Assembly (NCBI GenBank): GCA_019058245.1
Contig: JAHPZJ010000013.1
Coordinates: forward strand, 265,166-329,165
Length of the DNA: 64,000 bases
Source: Promethearchaeota archaeon
GTDB lineage: Archaea; Asgardarchaeota; Lokiarchaeia; Sigyniarchaeales; SOKP01
Direction: 5' to 3'
Of this stretch, positions 10,287-20,305 are shown in pieces. A program made the position numbers and the translations under genes. Under the pieces are notes generated by a model that worked only from the letters and a program-made list of their open reading frames with translations, ran no database searches and was not told where the DNA came from. Numbering within the stretch: position 1 is the first letter of the stretch; each line of letters starts with the position of its first letter.

Positions 10287-11330
10287 TTATTTTTTAGAAT
10301 GTAATAACGTTTTTGCCAACTTATAAAAACTTTCTTCTACATTTTTACCAGTTAATGCTGAGGTTTCTATATATTCTAAGTTCAGTTCTTCTGCTATCTT
10401 TGCAGCATCATTTATTGGTACTTTTCTTTCATTTAGTAAATCTTCTTTATTACCTAATATAAATCCTATTAATTTTTTTTGTGTTCTACCTATATTTTTA
10501 AAGACATCATTATACCAATTAGGAATACTCTCAAATGATTTAGGATTTGTTAGATCAAAGATTAAAATGACACCTTCTGAGCCTTGATAGAAGTGACGAC
10601 GCATAAGCTCAAATTTACTCTGACCAGCAATATCCCATAGAATTAAATTAATTAAAATATTATCTAAGTTTATATTTTTTTCTGAAACTGATACGCCAAG
10701 TGTTGGTATGTAAGTACGCATAAATGCATTATCAGTAAATCTAAGAATTGTGCTTGTTTTCCCTACACCAGGATCACCACAGACTACAATTTTAAAATGA
10801 TACCCATATTTTTTTCTTCGAAGTTTTGTATCTTCAGGAAATGCTTTTAATTCAGATTTTTGCTTCTCTTTGTTGAACAGATCATTTAAGATTTCTGATA
10901 CTTTTTTTTTCAATTTTATGATTTCAGCATAGATTTCATCTGATTCTACTTGATTGTTTTCTAATTCTATAATATTTTGAGCACTGTCATTGAAAGCAGA
11001 TTCAAGATAACCTAAGTATTTATAAAATATAGAATCATCTGATTCTCCAAAAAGCAATGTGAGTGATGATAACGCAACACCTCCACGTTTAGTTTCATCT
11101 GGACGTTCAATATATTTTGTTACACCTTTTAAATTTAACATGGGAAAAGGATAAATTACTAAAGATTGAGGAACAGCCCCTTGATCAGTAGAGAGCATAG
11201 TAACTGATTTAATACCTACTGACATACAAATATCATCAGATAAATCAATTGGATCCCATAGAAACGGTTTTGGGCCAATAATTTCATCTAATAATGTGTA
11301 AACTACAGCAGTAATTATTTCTTTTGACAT
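10287..11330 (-). CDS. uDENN/longin domain fused to Rab-like GTPase
   Basis: N-terminal LDEIIGPKP...DETKRGG; C-terminal GDPGVGKT, YIPTLG, WDIAGQ, NKED, ETSALTG. Confidence 0.85.
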   Translation of the reverse strand: MSKEIITAVVYTLLDEIIGPKPFLWDPIDLSDDICMSVGIKSVTMLSTDQGAVPQSLVIYPFPMLNLKGVTKYIERPDETKRGGVALSSLTLLFGESDDSIFYKYLGYLESAFNDSAQNIIELENNQVESDEIYAEIIKLKKKVSEILNDLFNKEKQKSELKAFPEDTKLRRKKYGYHFKIVVCGDPGVGKTSTILRFTDNAFMRTYIPTLGVSVSEKNINLDNILINLILWDIAGQSKFELMRRHFYQGSEGVILIFDLTNPKSFESIPNWYNDVFKNIGRTQKKLIGFILGNKEDLLNERKVPINDAAKIAEELNLEYIETSALTGKNVEESFYKLAKTLLHSKK

Positions 11331-11698
11331 TGTTGAGCGTAAAAGATAAAGTATAAAAAAAATCTAACTTATTTGTGTTTTCTTTTGATAAATTAAAAAA
11401 CTTAAAATTAATAAAAATTTGTAAAAGCAAAGATTATCTAAGTTTTAGCAAAAATTTTATAACGCTAATTTTGGAAGATTAAAATACAAGATTAAATTTT
11501 GATTTTCTAAATTTATTTAATTTTATATATTTCATTACCGTTCTGTTAATTAGATAAAACTAATATTAAATGATATAAGTATTGACAGTTCGTGAAACGT
11601 GCCTTTCACGTTAAATTCTATATATCAGCATAATACTTATTATTCAAAATGTTTTATCTCGATTTATAGCCAGATTCATTTTAAATATTCCTAAAAAC

Positions 11699-12742
11699 TC
11701 AAATATATGATTTGAATAAATGATTTGCGATAGTTGAGAAGGCATAATTAACATTTTCACCCAAGAGTGCCGAAGTCTCGATAAATTTCATTCTTAATTG
11801 ATCTGCTAATTGAGTTGCCATTTCGGATGTTACTTTCCTTTGTTCCACTAAATCTCTTTTATTACCAATAATAAATCCCTTAAATTTTGAAAACCTATAT
11901 TTTAACTGTTCAATTACATCTGAATACCATTTAAGTATATTATTAAAAGAGTCAATATGGGTTAAATCAAAAACGAAGAATACAGCATCGGACCCTTGAT
12001 AAAAATCCTGTCTCATAGTTTGAAATTTTTGTTGACCACCAATATCCCAGAGTGCTAATTGAACAATAGATTCATTGATTTTAAAGACCTTGTCCGAAAC
12101 CTGAACGCCAAGGGTAGGTACGTAGTTTCTCCTAAATGCGTTATTTGTATATCGTAATATTAAGGAGGTTTTTCCGACACCAGCATCACCAACAATTATT
12201 ATTTTAAATTTATAATCAATTAAACTTCGATCCTTGATTTTTATTGTTGGAAATTCTTCTTGTTCTTGTTGCGAAATCTCTTGAAGTTTTAATTCTTCTA
12301 AAAGGCTTTTTATGTTAAATTCAAGATGTTCTAATATTTGTATAAAATCTTCTCTAAAACTAGTTGATTTTTCTAAATTTATTATTGCTTGAGTTAGATT
12401 GTCAAAGGGGATAGAGAGATCATTAATATATTTATAAAAAATTGCATCATTAATATCCTGAAATAATAGAATTATTGCGGATTGACCAATTCCTCCACGT
12501 CTAGAAGCATCGTCCCATTTAATGTATTTTACCAATCCTTTTAATTTCATTGAAGTAAAGGGAAGGATCACTAAAGTCTTAGGAACAAGTCCTTGTTCTC
12601 CAGTTAAGATTGTTAAGGTTTTTATACTTATTTGAAGTAGTTCCATCTTTGAATATTGAGTACTAAGCCAAGCTACAGGATTTGGGCCTAACTTATCATT
12701 TAATTCTACATAAATAATGCCCGCTATTAATTGGCGCTCCAT
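11699..12742 (-). CDS. uDENN/longin domain fused to Rab-like GTPase (tandem paralogue B)
   Basis: LNDKLGPNP...DASRRGG; GDAGVGKT, WDIGGQ, NKRD, ETSALLG. Confidence 0.85.
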   Translation of the reverse strand: MERQLIAGIIYVELNDKLGPNPVAWLSTQYSKMELLQISIKTLTILTGEQGLVPKTLVILPFTSMKLKGLVKYIKWDDASRRGGIGQSAIILLFQDINDAIFYKYINDLSIPFDNLTQAIINLEKSTSFREDFIQILEHLEFNIKSLLEELKLQEISQQEQEEFPTIKIKDRSLIDYKFKIIIVGDAGVGKTSLILRYTNNAFRRNYVPTLGVQVSDKVFKINESIVQLALWDIGGQQKFQTMRQDFYQGSDAVFFVFDLTHIDSFNNILKWYSDVIEQLKYRFSKFKGFIIGNKRDLVEQRKVTSEMATQLADQLRMKFIETSALLGENVNYAFSTIANHLFKSYI

Positions 12743-12800
12743 GATTTTTAGAAACTTATCTTAATAAAGAATTAAAATTAGAATGATTATTTCTACAAAC

Positions 12801-13844
12801 TCAAGTATATGATTTGTATAAATGATTCGCGATTGTTGAAAATGCATAATTAACATTTTCACCCAAGAGTGCCGAAGTCTCAACAAATTTCAGCTCTAAT
12901 TGTTCTGCTAATTGCGTTGCCATATCAGAAGTTATCTTTCTTTGATCAGCTAAATCTCTTTTATTTCCAATAATAAATCCCTTTAATTCTGGAGATCTAT
13001 CTTTTACCTGTTCTATTACATCTGAATACCACTTAGGTATATTATTGAAAGATTCAATACGGGTTAAATCAAAAACGAAAAATACGGCATCAGACCCTTT
13101 ATAAAAATGCTGTCTCATAGTTTGAAATTTTTGCTGGCCACCAATATCCCAGAGTGTTAATTGAATAATAGATTCATCGATTTTAAAGACTTTATCGCTT
13201 ACCATAACACCTAAAGTTGGTACGTAATTTCTCCTAAAGGCGTTATTGGTATATCGTAATATTAAGGAGGTTTTTCCGACACTTGGATCGCCAACAATTA
13301 TTATTTTAAATTGATAATCGATTAAACTTCGATCCTTGATTTTTATTGCTGGGAATTCTTCTTGTTCTTGTTGTGAAATCTCTTGAAGTTTTAATTCTTC
13401 TAAGAGACTTTTTGTATTAAATTCAAGATGCTCTAATATATGTATGAAATCCTCTCTAGAACTAGTTGATTTTTCTAAATTTATTATGGCTTGAGTAAGA
13501 TTGTCAAAAGGAATAGATAGATCATTAATATATTTATAAAAAATTACATCATCAATATCTTGAAATAATAGAATTATTGCTGATTGACCAATTCCTCCAC
13601 GTCTAGAAGCATCGTCCCATTTAATGTATTTAACCAATCCTTTTAAATTCATTGAAGTAAAGGGAAGGATCACTAAAGTCTTAGGAACAAGGCCTTGTTC
13701 TCCAGTTAAAATCGTTAAGGTTTTTATACTTATTTGGATTAATTCCATCTGTGTAAATTGAGTACCAAGCCAAGCTACAGGATTTGGGCCCAATTCCTCA
13801 TTCATTTCTACATAAATAATACCAGTTATTAATTGTCGCTCCAT
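12801..13844 (-). CDS. uDENN/longin domain fused to Rab-like GTPase (tandem paralogue A)
   Basis: MNEELGPNP...DASRRGG; GDPSVGKT, WDIGGQ, NKRD, ETSALLG. Confidence 0.85.
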   Translation of the reverse strand: MERQLITGIIYVEMNEELGPNPVAWLGTQFTQMELIQISIKTLTILTGEQGLVPKTLVILPFTSMNLKGLVKYIKWDDASRRGGIGQSAIILLFQDIDDVIFYKYINDLSIPFDNLTQAIINLEKSTSSREDFIHILEHLEFNTKSLLEELKLQEISQQEQEEFPAIKIKDRSLIDYQFKIIIVGDPSVGKTSLILRYTNNAFRRNYVPTLGVMVSDKVFKIDESIIQLTLWDIGGQQKFQTMRQHFYKGSDAVFFVFDLTRIESFNNIPKWYSDVIEQVKDRSPELKGFIIGNKRDLADQRKITSDMATQLAEQLELKFVETSALLGENVNYAFSTIANHLYKSYT

Positions 13845-14175
13845 GATTTTTAGATACTTTCTTTATAAAATATATAAAAAAACAAATTTTCCATATATTT
13901 TACATTTACCATATAAAATAATTATATTGATAGTAAATATAATCTTTGAAAAAAAGAATATTGGAATATATTTTATTAAAAAAATATAAAAATAAGATAA
14001 TTATGAAACTTGATTTTATTTTTTTATTCATATTGATATATGATATGATTAAAAGGTTCTAAACAATGTCTGTATATATAAAATGAATATTGATTACAAA
14101 ATTGTAATAGCTTTTGATTATGATTATTGGCTCTATATCGAATATGCAAAGAAAAAAGCAATAAATAATACCCTC

Positions 14176-14451
14176 TTAATCTTTAACATTTTCTAAGATT
14201 GAGATGATTCTATAAACTGTAGTTCTCGCATGAAATGGTATGTTCGCATCTTGGGCAAGATCATCGACCATGTACATTACATTGCTGGCACGTATACCAG
14301 GAGTGTCTTCTTCGTTATGTAATTCATTAATACTTCTTTGTGCAATCCTTTTGATATTTCGAGGCACACTACGATCATTTATCATTCCATTTAAAAGATA
14401 TTCAACATTTTCAAAGGCTTTTTTTTCTTCTTCAGTTATTGCCCTTGGCAT
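14176..14451 (-). CDS. UPF0147 family protein
   Basis: INDRSVPRNIKR and QDANIPFHART; ATG at 14451 preferred over upstream TTG at 14466. Confidence 0.9.
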   Translation of the reverse strand: MPRAITEEEKKAFENVEYLLNGMINDRSVPRNIKRIAQRSINELHNEEDTPGIRASNVMYMVDDLAQDANIPFHARTTVYRIISILENVKD

Positions 14452-14546
14452 TAAAAAAATCACCAAAAAGAGTGTTATAAATCAGTAAAACGTTTACAAA
14501 TAAGAATTTTTTATAAAATATAATTTTTTTGATTTTAGGAGTTTTT

Positions 14547-17459
14547 TCAATATATTCCGAATTCACGTATTTTCTTTTTGAGATTAGGAATTTTCTCACT
14601 AAATTCTTTCAATTGATTTTGATAATTTTTGAAAAAATCATCAAAATTCTTAATTTCTCCCTTATCAATATCTTGTACAAAACCATGTGAGATTTGTTGA
14701 ATTTTATCGAATATATGATTAAATTGTTCCGTAATTTCCATAAGATTTTGATTTTCTATTTCACTTTGTTTTCTTACCATATTTCGAAGTTTACCTCGTG
14801 GAATCCGAATTTTGTTTATTAGTATATCACATTCATTTAAAAATTCATAAGATTGTGCTTTATTTTTTTCAGATAATTTAGCTTCAATTTTTTCAGTTCT
14901 CCAGGTATTCATCCTTCCTCTAGCAAATGTGTCAAAGTTTAATGAAAGGGAATCAATTCCTTCTCTCACGAGGAATCTAAGAAAATCAGGATCATCACTC
15001 GGAGCTTGACCACAAATTCCAACTTTTTTACCATTTTGATGAGCAGTTTTTATTAAATGACTAACTGACCTCCTAATAGCTTCACTATTGGTATTGTAAT
15101 TATAAGTATTCATTAAGGGAATCATTTTTTCATTATCACGTCCAACACCATAGGTTAGTTGCGTCAGATCATTACTTCCAATACTAAAACCGTCAAAATA
15201 TTGACAAAAAATATCCGCACATAATATATTAGAAGGGATTTCAGCCATGACATAAACTTTTAATCCATTCTGACCTCGAATTAATCCTTCACTCTCCATA
15301 ATATCCATGATTTTTTTAGCCTCTTCAGGACTTCTACAAAAGGGTAGCATTGGAATAATATTTGTTAATCCCCAATCACGAGCTTTTTTAATTGCTCTTA
15401 ATTCTAACATAAATGCATTTTGAAATTCGTCATGTACATATCTAGAACAACCTCTGAATCCTAACATTGGATTATTTTCTTCGCCCTCATAAATCCAACC
15501 TCCTACTAGGTTTGCATATTCATTTGTTTTAAAATCTGAAAGCCTTACTACACATTCTGCTAAATTTTCATCTTCCAATACTTTCCAAACACCAGCAGAA
15601 ATAGTAGCGATTCCTTCTGCTAATTTTTGTACATAATATTCTTCTTTATTATCATAACCAACTGTTATTTCCCTAATTTTATCTAGTGTCTGCTTTAATT
15701 TCAAAATCTCTTGGTTAAAAGGATCTTTATGATAAAGGTCACTTTTTTTTATATTTTCTATTCTTTTTCTTTGTTCTACTAGAATATCATATCTCATAAT
15801 TAATGCTTCAAAATCTATCAATGCATTAGGGTGAATTTGAATCTCATCATTTATAATAAATTCTAATCTTGCTAATCCTGTCCCATCAGGATATTTTCCA
15901 GAAGATAATGCTCCCTTTGGGATACCTAGATTAACCAAAACTTTTGTTTTTGTATTTGGTAATTTCGAGAATTCAATAGTATCCGAATCATATTCTACAT
16001 CTTTTAACCAAATCCTCGATTCACCCTCGCTGCAATCAATAGTTACATATTCAATCTCATCTCGCTGTTTTTCCTTGATAATTTGCACGATATTATCAGC
16101 ACCAACAATAGATGCTATATTCAATTCTCTTGAAACAATTGCAGCATGACAAGTAGGGCCTCCTCTCTCAGTAATAACGCCCCCCAGATTCTGCATGTAA
16201 GATGTCCAATCTGGATTTGTTTCCTCTGTTACAAGAATATCCCCTTGTTGTAATAAATGAGCATCATTTATTGATTCTATGACTTTAACCTTCCCATATC
16301 CAATTCTTCGCCCAATAGCAATACCAGAATTTTCTATTAATAAATTTTGATTGATTAATTCTTCAGGATCTTCAAGTAAATAAAAAATCTCTTCTACATC
16401 ACCTTTAATACTATGAACCGTTTCAGGACGAGCTTGCACAATATATACTTTATTATCATTTCCAAGAGCCCATTCAATATCCATTCTTTTTTTGTAATGT
16501 TCTCTAATTTTTTGAGCATATTGAGCTAAAATCATAACTTCCTCTTCATTTAGGCAATATCTCATTTGCTTTTCTTGAGGTACTGGTATTATATCAGTTC
16601 CAATTTTTGCAGAACCTTTAGAAAATATCATCATTTTCTCTTTTTTAACAAGTTCCCTTCGAATAATTCTAAGACTTTTAGGATCATGTTTAAAAACAAT
16701 AAATTCATCGCCTTTTTCAACGCCTTGCACAATTAATTCACCTAATCCCCAAGTACCCCTAATAACAATTACATTGGGATTACCACTATCAGGATCTTCC
16801 GTAAACATCACACCAGAAGCTTTTACTCCTCCTAATCCACCAGCCATTTGTTGAACTCCGACACTTAATTTAACTGAGAAATGATCGAATCCCGCTCGTT
16901 CACGATACATAGTTGCCCGTGTGGTAAACACAGATGCCATATCTTTCAAAATATACTCTAAAATTTCCTTCTCTCCAGAAATATTTAAATGAGTATCTTG
17001 TTGTCCAGCGAATGACGCATCAGGCAGATCCTCTGCTGTTGCTGAACTTCTTATTGCAAAAGTTGATTCTCTACCAATTTTTTTTATTAAAATATCATAT
17101 GCATTTAGGATCTCATCTGCTAAAGAATCTGGAATTTTTGCTTGTTCAATAAGATATCTTATATTTGCACAAATTTTATCAACTTTTTCTACTGCTTTAA
17201 TGTCTTCTAATTTCAATTCATTAGAAATCTTCTTAATATCCCTTTCAATTAGTTCTCTTAAAGAAATTTCTTCTTCTTTAATTGTATAAAAATTAGTATC
17301 TAAAACATAATCATAAGCCTTTGAAGTTATCGCAAATCCTAATGGAACAGAGATTCCAAAACTTAACAATTCTCCTAAGGAAGCATTTTTACCACCAACC
17401 AGGGGAACATCATTCGCTCTAACATCTTCAAAAAATCTTATATACCTATAATCAGCCAT
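14547..17459 (-). CDS. ppsA: Phosphoenolpyruvate synthase (pyruvate, water dikinase)
   Basis: VGGKNASLGE, RSSATAEDLPDASFAGQQDT, GGPTCHAAIVSRE phospho-His motif, FSIGSNDLTQ, GICGQAPSD. Confidence 0.95.
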   Translation of the reverse strand: MADYRYIRFFEDVRANDVPLVGGKNASLGELLSFGISVPLGFAITSKAYDYVLDTNFYTIKEEEISLRELIERDIKKISNELKLEDIKAVEKVDKICANIRYLIEQAKIPDSLADEILNAYDILIKKIGRESTFAIRSSATAEDLPDASFAGQQDTHLNISGEKEILEYILKDMASVFTTRATMYRERAGFDHFSVKLSVGVQQMAGGLGGVKASGVMFTEDPDSGNPNVIVIRGTWGLGELIVQGVEKGDEFIVFKHDPKSLRIIRRELVKKEKMMIFSKGSAKIGTDIIPVPQEKQMRYCLNEEEVMILAQYAQKIREHYKKRMDIEWALGNDNKVYIVQARPETVHSIKGDVEEIFYLLEDPEELINQNLLIENSGIAIGRRIGYGKVKVIESINDAHLLQQGDILVTEETNPDWTSYMQNLGGVITERGGPTCHAAIVSRELNIASIVGADNIVQIIKEKQRDEIEYVTIDCSEGESRIWLKDVEYDSDTIEFSKLPNTKTKVLVNLGIPKGALSSGKYPDGTGLARLEFIINDEIQIHPNALIDFEALIMRYDILVEQRKRIENIKKSDLYHKDPFNQEILKLKQTLDKIREITVGYDNKEEYYVQKLAEGIATISAGVWKVLEDENLAECVVRLSDFKTNEYANLVGGWIYEGEENNPMLGFRGCSRYVHDEFQNAFMLELRAIKKARDWGLTNIIPMLPFCRSPEEAKKIMDIMESEGLIRGQNGLKVYVMAEIPSNILCADIFCQYFDGFSIGSNDLTQLTYGVGRDNEKMIPLMNTYNYNTNSEAIRRSVSHLIKTAHQNGKKVGICGQAPSDDPDFLRFLVREGIDSLSLNFDTFARGRMNTWRTEKIEAKLSEKNKAQSYEFLNECDILINKIRIPRGKLRNMVRKQSEIENQNLMEITEQFNHIFDKIQQISHGFVQDIDKGEIKNFDDFFKNYQNQLKEFSEKIPNLKKKIREFGIY

Positions 17460-17570
17460 AGTAATGCAAAATTTCTTTGAATTAAAATGATGAAATTATC
17501 TTGAAATAATAATAACTCTCCTTCTTATTATTAATTCAACTATCATAAAAAAAGTAACGACAAAAAAGGA

Positions 17571-18089
17571 TTATTTTAATTCCTTTTCAAATATATCAAA
17601 ATCAGAAATGGTATATAAGCAAAAAATAACTTTTTCTATTTGAGTATTACCTTGTAAATATTCTTTAGCGGTGTTTATCATAATTTTCGAACATCGTTCT
17701 ATTGGAAAGCCGAAAATACCAGTAGATATCGCAGGAAATGCGATAGTCTTTAGTTTATATTCATCCATTAATTTTAAACTATTTAATGTTGCATTTTTTA
17801 ATTTATGATCTTCATCTCCTTCTCCCATTCTAGGACCTACAGCATGAATTACATACTTAGCCTTTAAACCACCTCCTGTCGTAATTACAGCTCCACCTAC
17901 AAAAGTACTACCAATTTTATTACATTCTTCTTGAATAGTAGGTCCACCCTTTTTCCTGACAGCTCCAGCAACTCCTCCCCCTAGTATAAGTTGGGCATTA
18001 GCTGCATTAACAATAACATCAACATTTAATTCAGTAATATCTCCTTGTTCCAAAATTAACAAAGAGTCGTTTATCTTTAGTTCTTTCAT
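17571..18089 (-). CDS. Macro domain protein (O-acetyl-ADP-ribose deacetylase/ADP-ribosylhydrolase)
   Basis: QGDIT, IVNAAN, GGGVAGA, VIHAVGP, FPAISTGIFGFP; likely start at ATG 18089. Confidence 0.93.
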   Translation of the reverse strand: MKELKINDSLLILEQGDITELNVDVIVNAANAQLILGGGVAGAVRKKGGPTIQEECNKIGSTFVGGAVITTGGGLKAKYVIHAVGPRMGEGDEDHKLKNATLNSLKLMDEYKLKTIAFPAISTGIFGFPIERCSKIMINTAKEYLQGNTQIEKVIFCLYTISDFDIFEKELK

Positions 18090-18141
18090 TATAACGCTCA
18101 GATTTTCTTTATTTATAAATAGATAAAAAAAAAATATTTTT

Positions 18142-18846
18142 TTATTCGACTTCACGTTCTTTTTTAAAGATCTCGTCCAATTTAGCTCTATCTTCATCAG
18201 ACATTTTACTCATTGCTTCCATATTTTGCCGCATTAAATCCATCATAATTTTTTGTGATATAAGTTGATTCAATACAGGTAATGCGATTCTCATTCTAGT
18301 TAATTCATAATGCATGGTTTTTGCAGTTTCTCGCATTTCTTTTAATTCATCTATTGTCATCCCTTCTTCACCAATACCAGGGCAATCTGCATCTACTACT
18401 ATAAAGTTTTTTCCATCAAATTCTAATGGATAGGTTCGACAACTTAGTGGGCGGTTTTCATAGACTAAACATTTTTTATCGTCCTTATTATATAGGGGGC
18501 ATTTTACATCTAATAACTCTTCGATAGGTACAGTACCAAATGGATCTTTAGGAGGTGATTCATCTTCTCCCTCTTTTGGAGGTGGAGCTAAAGGTTTCAA
18601 TATTAAATCAATTCCCCCATCAGGTTTTTGATAAATATCTAAATATGGCATAAAGTTGGCTACAACCCCATTTCGAGCCCACATTTCAAGATCCCAAAAA
18701 GTAATAGGGATAGGTCCTCTAGCAGCGCAACAATTATCGCATCGAGTGCATTTAAAAGAAAACTTTGCTTTTGGTTTATCATCTGAAGTTTCTTTTTCAC
18801 TTTCATTTACTTCAGAATTTTGAGGTTCTTTATCTTCTTCGGACAT
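18142..18846 (-). CDS. YkgJ-family Cys-cluster (Zn/Fe-S) protein
   Basis: FKCTRCDNCC, CPLY...CLVYENRPLSCRTYP, CPGIG. Confidence 0.88.
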   Translation of the reverse strand: MSEEDKEPQNSEVNESEKETSDDKPKAKFSFKCTRCDNCCAARGPIPITFWDLEMWARNGVVANFMPYLDIYQKPDGGIDLILKPLAPPPKEGEDESPPKDPFGTVPIEELLDVKCPLYNKDDKKCLVYENRPLSCRTYPLEFDGKNFIVVDADCPGIGEEGMTIDELKEMRETAKTMHYELTRMRIALPVLNQLISQKIMMDLMRQNMEAMSKMSDEDRAKLDEIFKKEREVE

Positions 18847-19194
18847 AAAAATTTCACTTAATAATTTGATATTTTTAATTTACTATGACATAAGGGAATT
18901 TAACCTAAAAAAAAAATTTTAGCTTTACTTTTAAATGAATAAACTGATCTTTTTAGGATATTAAAATTGATTAAATAATACATTTATGTCTATTTAACTA
19001 TTTAATGAATAAAAAAATTACTATTAACCCAAGACATGAAAATAGTATTCTATTATAATCTAAAAAACTCTCAATTTAATAAAATTATTAGTCATTTATT
19101 TTAAACCATAAATTTAAATATCTATCTAATTAAATTTCTATTAAATAAATCAGAATCGCAATGATTTTCTTTTATATAAAATTAGGGAAAAATT

Positions 19195-19788
19195 ATGTCT
19201 AAAATTGTGAGAAAAGAACTACAAATTTTGATTGATGAAAAGTCAGGACAATTATTTTTAGGTGATAAAAAGAAAGACGTTCGCTTATTAATGTTAAGAC
19301 CAATTGACTTAATTGAATTTTCAGAATTTGCCGGAACGAATGCAGATGATATCATAATTTGGGTAGGGAAATCTATTGGTAAAGCGTATATAGACAAATT
19401 CTTCTCTGATAAGGATTGGAAAAAGGAAACAATGGCAATAAAAGTAGAAATAATTACAGTAATTCTTGAAGCATTAGAAGTAATGGGATTTGGACATTTA
19501 ATCCCAACATTTAAAAAAAAATATGTTTTAATAGAAATTGAAGAACCTTTATCTTTAGATGAATATAATAACATTATGGCAAAAAATCTATGTTTGCTTA
19601 ATCAAGGAATTTTTGCAGGAATATTTGATGCGTTAGAAATTGATGTTGATGGAAAGGAAATAGAATGTGTTTTATTGGATGATGACAAATGTATATTCAG
19701 GTACGATTTACTCTATGATGAAATAGATGAAAGTCTCATAAAAAAAGAAGAGGAAAAAGTATATTCCTTTTCATTACGAGATTTATAA
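19195..19788 (+). CDS. V4R / Bet3-like domain protein
   Basis: MGFG, C-x4-GIFAGIF and EIEC-x6-C-x-F V4R pattern. Confidence 0.78.
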   Translation: MSKIVRKELQILIDEKSGQLFLGDKKKDVRLLMLRPIDLIEFSEFAGTNADDIIIWVGKSIGKAYIDKFFSDKDWKKETMAIKVEIITVILEALEVMGFGHLIPTFKKKYVLIEIEEPLSLDEYNNIMAKNLCLLNQGIFAGIFDALEIDVDGKEIECVLLDDDKCIFRYDLLYDEIDESLIKKEEEKVYSFSLRDL

Positions 19789-20071
19789 AAGAGATATATG
19801 CCATTAGAATTTAACTTAACTCGAATTATTTCGATTTTTTTTTATAAGAGGGTTAATATCGTTAAAATCAACTTTAAGGGAGTTATACTCTTATACTAGT
19901 GAACTCATCTATGAAAAATGTTATATGCTAAATATTTTATATTCAATCTACAAAATTAAGTATTGGAAAGTAATCATAAAAATTAAAATATATTAAGATT
20001 TCACCTTTCTAATAAAGGTTTTTATTTCATATTAATTATAGTTTTTATATAAAGGTTATAGTGTACCAGTT

Positions 20072-20305
20072 ATGAAACCAATAATCTTAAAGAAAATAAT
20101 TATTTGGTTATTATTAACTCTTAATCTATTATTTGCTTTTGTAATTGGTTTGACAATTCCCTTATTGGAATCAAAAAGTAATTATAATCTTGGAATTGTA
20201 ATGATTCCATTATTAATAATTCTCAATTATATAATTTTAGACAGGTTTCATTATTATCTAAAGCATATAAAGGATAGCGAGGGTGAATTGGATCCAAAAA
20301 CATAA
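20072..20305 (+). CDS. Small two-TM membrane protein, archaeosortase-associated
   Basis: Two hydrophobic helices; overlaps the start of the archaeosortase ORF. Confidence 0.65.
   Translation: MKPIILKKIIIWLLLTLNLLFAFVIGLTIPLLESKSNYNLGIVMIPLLIILNYIILDRFHYYLKHIKDSEGELDPKT

Larger units (their letters stand above)
11699..13870. repeat. Tandem gene duplication (two ~1.1-kb units)
   Basis: Two colinear 347-aa ORFs with long identical nucleotide runs and near-identical upstream flanks (CCATGATTTTTAGA-A/T-ACTT). Confidence 0.9.

Noticed and set aside
9060-13844. True prenylated eukaryotic Rab orthologues or eukaryotic contamination
   Set aside because: No C-terminal CC/CxC motifs, no introns, archaeal neighbours and SD-like signals.
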